A stretch of 57,867 nucleotides of DNA from an uncultured virus (IMG/VR IMGVR_UViG_3300043772_001084) (IMGVR_UViG_3300043772_001084); one strand, 5' to 3'. Shown: positions 46,074 through 54,822, numbered from the stretch's first letter. The notes: generated by a model from the letters alone, not told the origin. Numbers and translations are program-made.

Positions 46074-46694
46074 TTATAGATATAAACGTATTGTTTTTTT
46101 TAGATCTTCCGTATCAAAAAATCTTTCTCCTTTTATTTGTGTTATAAATTCTGCGTAATACTGACCTTTACCTTCTTTTCTTACCGCAACAATTTCTTGA
46201 TAATTACCTAAAGTAAGTAAAAATCTTTTTGTTTGTGGAGGTGCCCAACTTGTTGCATTTGTAAAATATTCATTAATTGAATCTTTATAATCAAAAAAAA
46301 GATTCAACCCTTCGTGTTTTCTAGGGTATAATATATTTAAATGTGATAATCTACCACCAGGTTGATGCTCTGGTTCTTCTGGCCTAAAAAGTCTTTGCGC
46401 CCAATGATCAGAAACTTTAATCTCAAATTTTTTAGAACAAGAATATTTTACAATTTTTTCATTTGGTAATTCTTTTTCTTTTATATCGCTACACCATTCA
46501 TTTTTTATATTTGGTGGCCAGTTGTATCTTTCTTTAACATATTTATTTAATTCTTCAACAAGCTCTTTATCAACAGGCATTGATGACCTTCCTTCAGTTA
46601 ATAAATTTTCAAAAAGAAAATCTGGTAAATCAATCTCTTTAATACTGAAAGTCTCAACTTCCTCTTTTAAAATTCTCCTAATTAAACTTTTCAT
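46074..46694 (-). CDS. RegB/RelE-fold-like protein with putative capsid-targeting N-terminus
   Basis: Likely start MKSLIRRILKEE (TATTTAT just upstream); FEIKVSDHWAQRLFR resembles T4 RegB FHLKYSQHLLDRAIQR as recalled. ORF is secure, function tentative. Confidence 0.55.
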   Translation of the reverse strand: MKSLIRRILKEEVETFSIKEIDLPDFLFENLLTEGRSSMPVDKELVEELNKYVKERYNWPPNIKNEWCSDIKEKELPNEKIVKYSCSKKFEIKVSDHWAQRLFRPEEPEHQPGGRLSHLNILYPRKHEGLNLFFDYKDSINEYFTNATSWAPPQTKRFLLTLGNYQEIVAVRKEGKGQYYAEFITQIKGERFFDTEDLKKTIRLYL

Positions 46695-46720
46695 ATTTAT
46701 AATAAATACCACAAAAATTA

Positions 46721-46752
46721 TTTGGTAGATTAAAAAAAAGAACATATCTTTG
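46721..46752 (+). promoter_or_regulatory. Bacteroidota sigma70 promoter
   Basis: TTTG (46721) - 20 nt - TATCTTTG (46745). Confidence 0.8.
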
Positions 46753-46757
46753 TATTG

Positions 46758-46911
46758 TTGATGTAGTTCACAAACACAGAAACAAGGAATGTCAGCCCTC
46801 CTAGTGTAAAGCTGACCACTGAGAATCAAGTGATAGCAAAGATTCGGGTTGGATAAACCTACCTTAATTGGTTAAATATCCATTGAACCCTCCGTTTTTA
46901 CGGGGGGTTTT
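46758..46911 (+). ncRNA. candidate structured non-coding RNA 2 (homologous core to RNA 1)
   Basis: No ORF; GTCAGC/GCTGAC, GAATC/GATTC and GGGTT/AACCT stems, possible GGATA/TATCC pseudoknot; ends in a terminator. Ends approximate. Confidence 0.65.
46886..46911 (+). terminator. intrinsic terminator
   Basis: AACCCTCCGT-TTTT-ACGGGGGGTT plus T. Confidence 0.8.
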
Positions 46912-46924
46912 ATATTTATAACAT

Positions 46925-47416
46925 ATGGAACTATTAAGTGTTTTAAAAAACATAATACTTGAACAAGGAGCAAGAATAAATTTGGGAGATTTCACTGATG
47001 AAGATGGTGACACATTTAAGGTTGTGGCAACAATACATTCTCAAGAAACCACAGCACCTAATACAAGATTTGGTAGAGTAGATGTTAATACTATTGGTGA
47101 TGTTATTTTTGAATTCTCGGATGTTTTTTCTGAGCTTGCTAAAACAATATTAGAAGGTGGTAATAAAACAAGTATATTAGTTAAGGATTATTTAAATCTT
47201 TTTGATTTTATTGTTGTACCACATCTAAATAGAAACGGAACATACTCCCTCAATATTGTAACTTCAATAATATACCCAAAAACTTTATCATATAAACCAG
47301 AAAATAAATTAATTATCATAAAAAGTGATGGTGATTTAGTTGTTGAGGAATTTGTAAATCTAAAGTCATTTACAAAATTTGTCAAAGGGAATATAATTGT
47401 TCATTATGAAAGATAA
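46925..47416 (+). CDS. RegB/RelE-fold-like protein with putative capsid-targeting N-terminus
   Basis: MELLSVLKNIILEQ; FKVVATIHSQ..R..R helix then beta meander ILVKD..FIVVP..SLNIVTSII. Function tentative. Confidence 0.5.
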   Translation: MELLSVLKNIILEQGARINLGDFTDEDGDTFKVVATIHSQETTAPNTRFGRVDVNTIGDVIFEFSDVFSELAKTILEGGNKTSILVKDYLNLFDFIVVPHLNRNGTYSLNIVTSIIYPKTLSYKPENKLIIIKSDGDLVVEEFVNLKSFTKFVKGNIIVHYER

Positions 47417-48476
47417 ATTATTACCTTGGTTTTTATTATTTTGTGCGCTAGGTCTTTCCGGAACTGCGGCCTACTATAGTGTTATTGGATTATCTGTGGT
47501 TTTTACAGGTGTTGCAATTCCTGTTATTATAATGGGTAGTTTTCTTGAAATCTCAAAACTCGCAATTGCAACTTATCTTCACGATAAGTGGGACGAAGTA
47601 TATGGTGTTTTAAAAATATATATGACAACAGCCCTCGTAACACTTTCAATCATTACATCACTTGGGATTTATGGTTTATTAAGTACCGGTTTCCAACAGA
47701 ATATTGCAAAACTTGAAATCAGTGGAAAAAAAGTAAAAAATGTTGAACTTAAAAAAACCAGATTTGAAGAAATTAAAGATGAATTAACCAAGGAAAAAGA
47801 AACTTTGGATCGTGATATTACAAAATTAAGAGATGGTTTATCAAATAATACGACCACACAATCAGTTGATAGAAAGACCGGTCAAATCATAACAAAAGCA
47901 AATAATGCCAATAGAAAGACATTTGAAAATCAATTAAAAGATGCACAAATAAGAAGAGATACAATTTCAAAAAAGATTGATAATTTAAATGACAGTATAA
48001 CAAATCTAGATGTTGAGATATTAAATATGGAATCTCAGGAAATTGAAGGAAGTGAATTGGGAACCATAAAGTATTTAAGTGAGGTTTTGAATTGGGACAT
48101 TAAAAGAACGGCAAATCTTTTTATTTTGATTCTTATTTTTGTTTTTGATCCATTGGCAATAACATTGGTTATTGCAACAAACCAAGCGTTTAAGGGGAAT
48201 AAAAAGGACGATGATAATATTCAACCAACCCCCAACCACCCCCCAACTACCCCCCAAGTAGATGAGGGTAACCAAGAAAGTGACCAAGAAAGTGACCAAG
48301 TACCGACCAAGTACCGACCAAGTACCGACCAAGTAGTTGATATGCCAACAATTGAAATCAAAAGAGAACCATTGAATATAACAGAACAAAAATCCTGGAT
48401 CCCAACAAACGAAGAAAAGGGTGAAGAAGTTAATCAAAACATAAAAAGATTGGTTTATAAAAAATCTAATGACTAA
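47406..48476 (+). CDS. multi-pass membrane protein with long coiled coil (lysis-region)
   Basis: Three N-terminal TM helices (LSGTAAYYSVIGL), coiled coil, C-terminal TM ILIFVFDPLAI. Confidence 0.75.
   Translation: MKDKLLPWFLLFCALGLSGTAAYYSVIGLSVVFTGVAIPVIIMGSFLEISKLAIATYLHDKWDEVYGVLKIYMTTALVTLSIITSLGIYGLLSTGFQQNIAKLEISGKKVKNVELKKTRFEEIKDELTKEKETLDRDITKLRDGLSNNTTTQSVDRKTGQIITKANNANRKTFENQLKDAQIRRDTISKKIDNLNDSITNLDVEILNMESQEIEGSELGTIKYLSEVLNWDIKRTANLFILILIFVFDPLAITLVIATNQAFKGNKKDDDNIQPTPNHPPTTPQVDEGNQESDQESDQVPTKYRPSTDQVVDMPTIEIKREPLNITEQKSWIPTNEEKGEEVNQNIKRLVYKKSND
48225..48336. repeat. compound minisatellite: 3x11-bp C-rich, 2x12-bp, 3.9x11-bp GACCAAGTACC
   Basis: Read directly from the sequence. 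Confidence 0.92.
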
Positions 48477-49065
48477 AATAATAAAATACGGAAATTTTTT
48501 AGGTCAAGGTATAAATAAAAATAAAAAACAAATAATACTCCTACATTCTTCTCGTTTGGCCGAAGAATATCTTACAGCCTTAAAATATCGTGGAAATAGA
48601 AAATACGATAAAATCCCAAATTTTTTTATAGATAAAGAAGGTAAGATTTTGGAGTTATTGAACCAAGAAGAAACATCTAAAATATTTAATAGTAAGTTAA
48701 TAGATAAAAACGCAATCACGATTTGTTTAGAAAATTTAGGATGGTTGCAAAAAGAACCATTAAAAAATGGATACATTAACTGGATTGGAAGTATTTATAA
48801 AGGTAAGCCATACGAAAAAAAATGGAGAGATTTTATTTTTTGGGATACTTACACAGAAGAACAAATAAATTCTACAATATTTTTATGTAAAAAATTAATT
48901 ACAGAATTTAATATTGAGAAAAAATTTGTTGGACATAACACCAAAATAAATGGTGCGGAAAAAACAAATGGTATTTTGACTAGAAGTAATTTCTTTTCAG
49001 ATTCCACAGATTTAAACCCATCATTTAATTTTGAATATTTTTTAAAAAAAATTGAAGATGAGTAG
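48469..49065 (+). CDS. N-acetylmuramoyl-L-alanine amidase (Amidase_2)-like, possibly degenerate
   Basis: QIILLHS, PNFFIDKEGKI, AITICLEN, YTEEQI, TDLNPSF. Confidence 0.7.
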   Translation: MTKIIKYGNFLGQGINKNKKQIILLHSSRLAEEYLTALKYRGNRKYDKIPNFFIDKEGKILELLNQEETSKIFNSKLIDKNAITICLENLGWLQKEPLKNGYINWIGSIYKGKPYEKKWRDFIFWDTYTEEQINSTIFLCKKLITEFNIEKKFVGHNTKINGAEKTNGILTRSNFFSDSTDLNPSFNFEYFLKKIEDE

Positions 49066-49654
49066 ATACGAAGAAATTAAAACATTATTGGAGGCAACAA
49101 GAAAAGCTCTTAAAACCCAAATTTCTGAAAGTGAGTCAAAACAAATTATTAACAATTATAAATTACTTACAGAACAAGAAGATGTTGAAAAAGAAATTGA
49201 AGGGGTAACAAAAGAGTATGAGACAGCCGAAACTGATAATGAGGAAGATGAAGAAAAATCAAATAAGTCAGAAAAAAAGAAAGCTTATAGAATTTCTGGA
49301 GGTATTATGGTAATACATAGTAAAGAAAGTAAGGATTTACAATTGACAACCGAAGATAAAAGAGCTTTTCAAGAAACTATGGATGAATTTGTTGTTGAAG
49401 TTTCTGAACTTGTTGATTTTAACAAACTTAATTTATATGAAAACAATGTTGAGTGGTCTGGAAAAATAACCGAACTTGATGTTGAATTTTTCTATACTAT
49501 TGGTGAAAAAAATGGTGTCTATATAAATGGAACAATGACAAAAATTGATGAGGAATACCTTGCTTTTCTTGTTGATTTGAAAAAATATTATGAGAAATTT
49601 AAAACAAAATGGTCCAAAATAATCGCAAGCCGAAAGAAAACCCCAACCGAATGA
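49058..49654 (+). CDS. hypothetical protein
   Basis: Likely ATG start MSRYEEIK overlapping the amidase stop. Confidence 0.7.
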   Translation: MSRYEEIKTLLEATRKALKTQISESESKQIINNYKLLTEQEDVEKEIEGVTKEYETAETDNEEDEEKSNKSEKKKAYRISGGIMVIHSKESKDLQLTTEDKRAFQETMDEFVVEVSELVDFNKLNLYENNVEWSGKITELDVEFFYTIGEKNGVYINGTMTKIDEEYLAFLVDLKKYYEKFKTKWSKIIASRKKTPTE

Positions 49655-50004
49655 AAGATTTTTTTAAACATAATTTCAAATTTATTATTCAGTCAATTGG
49701 AACTATCCTATTGATTGTTCTTGTAATTAGAGCTTTTACACCAGTGGAAGATAGATCTGAATTGTTAAAATATAAATTAGAACAACTGGATTTAAAAATT
49801 AACGATTTAAAAAGCCAACAAAAAAAATTGGATAGTTCAATCTTAAACTACAAGAAAGATATTTTAAAAATTGATTCTGCTATTTTCAAAATTAAAAATG
49901 AAAGAAAAACAATAAACAATTATTTCCAGGTTGAAAAAGAATTGATTTTGACCTATGACGCCAGACAAATTGATTCGGCACTTAAAAAAAGATATAACTA
50001 TTAA
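49651..50004 (+). CDS. putative inner-membrane spanin-like protein
   Basis: N-terminal TM helix plus coiled coil; ATGA overlap; near the amidase. Confidence 0.5.
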   Translation: MKDFFKHNFKFIIQSIGTILLIVLVIRAFTPVEDRSELLKYKLEQLDLKINDLKSQQKKLDSSILNYKKDILKIDSAIFKIKNERKTINNYFQVEKELILTYDARQIDSALKKRYNY

Positions 50005-50005
50005 T

Positions 50006-50413
50006 ATGAAATATATTTTAAACATTATTTTTATTTGTCTTACAACATTTTTGTTTTCACAAAAAAATGTTGATTCAACAACCTTGAATATACCAGCTAG
50101 AGTTGGTAAGTCTATTTTACTTGATTTAAATGAGTTTGACCGATTAAAGAAACAAGAGGAAACATATATCAATCAAATTTTTCAGTTGGAGACGAAAATA
50201 ACCAAAAATGATAATATAATTTCAATTCTGGAAGAAAAAGACAGAAAAAATAATCAAATAATATCTCTAACCGATTCAAAGTTTAAACTACTAGATAAGG
50301 AAAATAAAAGTTTAAGAAGTGAGATAAAAAAAATTAAGACAAAACATATAATTATAGATATAGTTGGTGGCTCAATTATAGTTGGATTAACATACGCTTT
50401 AGTTTTTAAATAA
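50006..50413 (+). CDS. putative spanin-partner-like protein
   Basis: Signal-like N-terminus (..FLFSQ), coiled coil, hydrophobic C-terminus. Confidence 0.5.
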   Translation: MKYILNIIFICLTTFLFSQKNVDSTTLNIPARVGKSILLDLNEFDRLKKQEETYINQIFQLETKITKNDNIISILEEKDRKNNQIISLTDSKFKLLDKENKSLRSEIKKIKTKHIIIDIVGGSIIVGLTYALVFK

Positions 50414-50414
50414 A

Positions 50415-51095
50415 ATGGAAGACCCAATAAAACCAAAATTACAACAAATGGTTTCTAGTTTAACAGCTGGAAATCAAGAAGCTAGAACAAAAGCACTTAA
50501 AAGTTTAAGTGAGGAGGATACACATAAAAATCCGGAAGAATATCTTAATGACCCAAAAAATATGGGAGATATTTTAAAATTGGTTAAAAATAAAAAATTA
50601 TCAGGAACTAGAATAAAACAAAAAATTAAAGAATTTCTTAAAAACCCAGAAGAACTAAGAGAATTTTTAACTTCAATTCTGGAAAAAATAAATAGAAGAA
50701 AAGAAAATAAAGAATCAACCGGTGCATCTTCAGCTGGAGCATATTCCGGACCTTTGTTTTCTGGTGAAGAACCAAAGAAAGTTGAAGCAAAGGAAGCAAC
50801 CTCATCATCATCGTCTGGTTCTTATGAAACTCCGGCCGCTTGGGCTAAATCAACAAGTAAAAAAGATTGGAGAGGAAAGTCTAAAACACAAATTCCGGGT
50901 GGTAAGTTCGTCCAGGTTAAAAAAAAATGTAAGAAATTTCCTTATTGTAATCAAGGTGATATTAAAGCCCTTAAAATATTTGAAAACGATACTATTAAAA
51001 AAGTAATAAGTAATCTTTCAGAAAAAATGGATATTCACGAAGATTTCATAAAAGAAATAATTTACAAAGAAATTGTAAAAAGAAAGAATAAATGA
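50415..51095 (+). CDS. hypothetical (putative head-associated) protein
   Basis: Twice-repeated KE.T..SS.G.Y..P motif; CKKFPYC. Confidence 0.65.
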   Translation: MEDPIKPKLQQMVSSLTAGNQEARTKALKSLSEEDTHKNPEEYLNDPKNMGDILKLVKNKKLSGTRIKQKIKEFLKNPEELREFLTSILEKINRRKENKESTGASSAGAYSGPLFSGEEPKKVEAKEATSSSSSGSYETPAAWAKSTSKKDWRGKSKTQIPGGKFVQVKKKCKKFPYCNQGDIKALKIFENDTIKKVISNLSEKMDIHEDFIKEIIYKEIVKRKNK

Positions 51096-51117
51096 TATTT
51101 ATAATAAAAAAGTAAAG

Positions 51118-52407
51118 ATGAAAAATTTAATTGCAAAAATAACTAACAAAATATTAAACGAGACTCTTGAAGATAAAACAAATGATATTATGGAAAAATT
51201 GAAATTCAATAAGCCAGGTGAATCATTTGATTATGTTGAGGAAGGTGAAACTTGTGAGCAATGTGGTGGTGAAATGAAAGAAGGTGAAACTTGTGAGCAA
51301 TGTGGTGGTGAAATGAAAGAAGGTGAATGTTCAGAATGTGGAATGAAAGAAGGTGAAGTTCTTGAAAAATTACACGGAAATCAAAAGAAATTAGATAAAG
51401 CAAAACCATTTGGTAAATTAACAAAAGCCGATTTTGATAAATTAAGAAAAGAAGGTGATGATGTTATTTACGAATTAGAATTAGATGAAGAAATGGATGA
51501 AAGTAGTGAATTCACTTATGCCGCAAAAATGGCAAAAAAAGAAGGTAAGAAAAATTTTGAACTAGATGGTAAAAAATTCCCAGTAAAAGAATCTGTATTG
51601 TATAATTTGGAGATTGATGGTGAAGAAACTATTTTGTCTGAGTCTGAATTGGATCAGTTAATTATTAGTATCGTTGAAAAAGAACAAAAAAATAACGAAT
51701 CTTCAGAGGTTAAATACCAATTAGAAGTGGGGGGAAAAGGATTTATTGTAAGTGAGGAAAAACTTTTAGATATTATTGAAAAAGCTGTTTTAAAAGAACA
51801 AAACAATATTAGTAAAGGTAAAACACCAAAAGGTCTTGGTGAGTATGAAAGAGCTGTGAAAAAATCCAAAAAAGAAAACGATGATTACTTAAAATCAGTT
51901 AAAAAGAAAATGGGTGATTATTTAAAAGATGGGTCAAAAGGTGAGTATGATATGGACCCTAAATTTTTTCCAAAAGGAAACGGACAACTGGAAAAAATGA
52001 CAGCTAAAAAATATACAATGTCTGATGATGGTAAAGACTTCTTGGATGACTATATGAGACCAGGAATGGAAAATTTGGTTCCGGATGAGATTGAATATGA
52101 CGAAAAATGGGTAAAAGATAATATTGAAGGTTCATCAAGAACTGGAAATAACCCAGAGTGGGCAAATGCTGAAGAAACTGATCTTGGTAAAAAATTGAGT
52201 AAGAAAATGAAAGATAAAAAATACCATAAAGCTAAATTGGCGGCTTATAGAAAATCAAAACAACCTATAAGTGATGGAACTGGTGAAAATTCTGGAGAAG
52301 GACTTAATATAAAACTTGAATCTGATTTAGATAAAAAAAGAGATCTTGTCCTAGAAGAGTTTTCAAAAATTCAAAAACTTATTAACTACGATAGAGCGAC
52401 ACAATAA
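51118..52407 (+). CDS. putative prohead core/internal protein with CxxC repeats
   Basis: Acidic, many (I/L/M)xE sites, EGETCEQCGGEMK repeats; TATTTAT upstream. Confidence 0.6.
   Translation: MKNLIAKITNKILNETLEDKTNDIMEKLKFNKPGESFDYVEEGETCEQCGGEMKEGETCEQCGGEMKEGECSECGMKEGEVLEKLHGNQKKLDKAKPFGKLTKADFDKLRKEGDDVIYELELDEEMDESSEFTYAAKMAKKEGKKNFELDGKKFPVKESVLYNLEIDGEETILSESELDQLIISIVEKEQKNNESSEVKYQLEVGGKGFIVSEEKLLDIIEKAVLKEQNNISKGKTPKGLGEYERAVKKSKKENDDYLKSVKKKMGDYLKDGSKGEYDMDPKFFPKGNGQLEKMTAKKYTMSDDGKDFLDDYMRPGMENLVPDEIEYDEKWVKDNIEGSSRTGNNPEWANAEETDLGKKLSKKMKDKKYHKAKLAAYRKSKQPISDGTGENSGEGLNIKLESDLDKKRDLVLEEFSKIQKLINYDRATQ
51241..51348 (+). repeat. 39-bp tandem repeat (two perfect copies plus a shorter degenerate copy)
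   Basis: GAAGGTGAAACTTGTGAGCAATGTGGTGGTGAAATGAAA x2. Confidence 0.93.
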
Positions 52408-52458
52408 TTTACTTATAATTTAACTATGATATTATTCTCCATAGACACTTAATAGTTT

Positions 52459-52935
52459 ATGGAGAATAATTTTTTTAACTATATTACAAAACAAGTAGAA
52501 AAAGAGGATGTTGATATTTGGATGAAAATGAATAATATCTATCCAGAAAAAATGGAGTTATACTATGACTTTTGTAATTCATTATACCTTAAAGTAACAT
52601 CAACATACCTTGGTTTTGAAGGTAAAGACGAAACCAATACAATAATGTCAGAAGAAGATAATATAAATCATTTCAACTGGTGTTGGGACCAATTATTGGA
52701 AGATTTCAAAAAAGAAAACATAAGTTTTGAACCGGATGGTGATCATTATGATTATTTCATAACATTTTTTGATGAAATATTTTACAAACAAAAAGAAAAA
52801 AAAATAAGAGAATCAATAGATAAGTTTTTTAGAGATGTTTTTGATTTAGAACAATCATTTACACAATCTGATTTAGACCTTATATTGACGATATATAAGA
52901 ACCTTGATAAAAATATGACCGTTAATATTTACTAA
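52459..52935 (+). CDS. hypothetical protein
   Basis: 158-aa ORF. Confidence 0.7.
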   Translation: MENNFFNYITKQVEKEDVDIWMKMNNIYPEKMELYYDFCNSLYLKVTSTYLGFEGKDETNTIMSEEDNINHFNWCWDQLLEDFKKENISFEPDGDHYDYFITFFDEIFYKQKEKKIRESIDKFFRDVFDLEQSFTQSDLDLILTIYKNLDKNMTVNIY

Positions 52936-52986
52936 AGGCGAATCATACCATATCTTATAGTTTAATAAACAAATAAAAATTTAAAA

Positions 52987-53163
52987 ATGGAAACTTTAGA
53001 AAAAATTAAAACATTGGTTGAGACAATATCAGCAGAATCAACAAAGTTTTTTGAAAAAGGAAACAAATCTGCCGGAACAAGAGCAAGAACCTCAGCACAA
53101 GAATTACGAGAATTGTTAAAAACATTTAGAGCTGAAATATTAGAAGCTAAAAAAAATGACTAA
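52987..53163 (+). CDS. Histone H1-like Hc1-family protein (58 aa, not in ORF track)
   Basis: METLEKIK..KFFEKGNKSAGTRARTSAQELRELLKTFR matches the GNK.AG.RAR Hc1 signature. Confidence 0.8.
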   Translation: METLEKIKTLVETISAESTKFFEKGNKSAGTRARTSAQELRELLKTFRAEILEAKKND

Positions 53164-53344
53164 TATAAATACAATATTTCTTTTTCTATTTATATTTTCT
53201 TTGATTGGAGTAATACGACTTTGTTTTAAAACAATAATTTTATTATTACAAAACACTCCACAAAAGTTAAATTTACAAAAGAATGAATTGTTTTTTTATG
53301 GGATTTTGATTTCATATATAATAACCTACATTATACAAAAATAA
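53156..53344 (+). CDS. small two-TM membrane protein
   Basis: Two hydrophobic helices; overlaps the Hc1 stop. Confidence 0.65.
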   Translation: MTNINTIFLFLFIFSLIGVIRLCFKTIILLLQNTPQKLNLQKNELFFYGILISYIITYIIQK

Positions 53345-53345
53345 G

Positions 53346-53789
53346 ATGAGTATTTACAAAGAATTTAGTGATTTTTATCCTTATATCCAGTCAATCAGAA
53401 AATTAAAAAATTATTTGAGTTTTGATATGAATTTTCCAAAAGAATGGAAATTACCAAAAAAGTTTGTTCCAGAAAATAGTGTTGTTGAAAATGAATCACA
53501 AGATCCAAATAAAAGGTTAATCTCTTTTGTTTCAGAATTTGAAGAGGAAAAAATCAATACGATTGCCACAAACATCAAAAATGTTATTAAATACAATAAG
53601 GAACTTGAAGAAAAAGAAAGGTTATTCAATTTGAAAGTCAAAGAACTTAAAAATATATTTGAAAAACAAAATTTAACAACACTCAAAGATTTGAAGTTTG
53701 ATCTTGAAGATAAATTTAAATTGATAGATGATGAGCAGGATAATGACAGACAAGGAGAAGAATCTCCAATGGTTGAAGAACGAGATTGA
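53346..53789 (+). CDS. hypothetical protein
   Basis: 147-aa ORF in operon. Confidence 0.68.
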   Translation: MSIYKEFSDFYPYIQSIRKLKNYLSFDMNFPKEWKLPKKFVPENSVVENESQDPNKRLISFVSEFEEEKINTIATNIKNVIKYNKELEEKERLFNLKVKELKNIFEKQNLTTLKDLKFDLEDKFKLIDDEQDNDRQGEESPMVEERD

Positions 53790-53931
53790 AGCTGACGAAA
53801 AAGAACTTCATAGGGAAAAAATGGAGTTCATATCACAAATTAAAAACCTAAAAAAAGAAGAGATAATCCCAACTGAAAAAGAAAAAATGTCCTTATGGCA
53901 AAGAATGAAGAAAGTATTGTTGGGGATTTAG
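53743..53931 (+). CDS. hypothetical protein
   Basis: Small ORF with amphipathic C-terminus SLWQRMKKVLLGI; start uncertain (53728 or 53743). Confidence 0.55.
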   Translation: MTDKEKNLQWLKNEIEADEKELHREKMEFISQIKNLKKEEIIPTEKEKMSLWQRMKKVLLGI

Positions 53932-54212
53932 AAAAATTAGCACTAATTACCGATGGAATGCAAAACATTTTTCCAGATGGTGTTGGTGCTATTGTTTTTG
54001 AATTAAGACCACACGATTTTTATAGAGTTAAAAATTATTTTAAACAATTAAAAACTGATGGAAGTAGGTTTAAAATTGATATATCGGGTGTTGAGGTAAT
54101 TTTTATTCTTGAAGGGACTATTGAAGAAAAAATAGAAGATGAACCTATTATTGAAAAAAAATCGTTCTGGTCTCAAATTTTAACAAAATTTAATCGTAAA
54201 AGTAAGTCGTAG
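53895..54212 (+). CDS. hypothetical protein
   Basis: 105-aa ORF. Confidence 0.62.
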   Translation: MAKNEESIVGDLEKLALITDGMQNIFPDGVGAIVFELRPHDFYRVKNYFKQLKTDGSRFKIDISGVEVIFILEGTIEEKIEDEPIIEKKSFWSQILTKFNRKSKS

Positions 54213-54822
54213 AGTTTCTATAAAGGGTTGATTTTGAAAAACCCTTCTGCTCCAGTGTTGAGTATAAATATCTTTTTTGATCCTTAGTTGTTTCTGGAAC
54301 CACAATACAATCACTCCTCCTATTTTTATATAAAACATCAGAAAGTATATTTAAAAATCTGTTAGATTCTGGTTCACACTTTAATGAAAATAAGTTATAA
54401 TTATCGTCTTCCTGAACAACAATTTTATTATTTAGACTTGATATGAATTTTAATCCACCACCTTTGAGGTATTGATTGTAGAATTTTTTAAAACTTATTT
54501 TTTTATTTGATTGAAGATCAAAAAGAAATTCCTCAACCTTATAGTCAGAAACTTTTGATAATTTATAATCTGGATCATCAAGTTCTATTTTTAATTGTCT
54601 TCCCAGACTATCTTTTTTATAAAAAATTGTAAAATCGTTAGAATCCTTTTCAAGCAACCCAACCTCAAAAAAAACACTTTTACCGTTTTCGACTCTTTTA
54701 TCAAAAATAACATCATTGTTTGTTAGACCGGTAAAATATGAATTGGCTCGTTTAAATGTTTTAAATTTCTTTAAAATCTTTTTTCTTTCTTTATTTTTGA
54801 ATAAAACTATTAGATATTTCAT
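54190..54822 (-). CDS. hypothetical basic protein
   Basis: 210-aa ORF, divergent from dnaJ. Confidence 0.7.
   Translation of the reverse strand: MKYLIVLFKNKERKKILKKFKTFKRANSYFTGLTNNDVIFDKRVENGKSVFFEVGLLEKDSNDFTIFYKKDSLGRQLKIELDDPDYKLSKVSDYKVEEFLFDLQSNKKISFKKFYNQYLKGGGLKFISSLNNKIVVQEDDNYNLFSLKCEPESNRFLNILSDVLYKNRRSDCIVVPETTKDQKRYLYSTLEQKGFSKSTLYRNSTTYFYD

Noticed and set aside
46695..46829. N-terminal extension of the minus-strand ORF given in the track
   Set aside because: It overlaps a promoter and RNA2; the ATG at 46694 has TATTTAT and the shared N-terminal motif.
46758..46911. tmRNA (pk1-like pseudoknot followed by a short frame ending TAA)
   Set aside because: No tRNA-like domain: lacks a 5' GGGG acceptor strand, a canonical T-loop and CCA; too short.
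48270..48336. CRISPR array
   Set aside because: Units are 11-12 bp, contiguous, without spacers. No CRISPR array, tRNA or rRNA was seen anywhere in the window.
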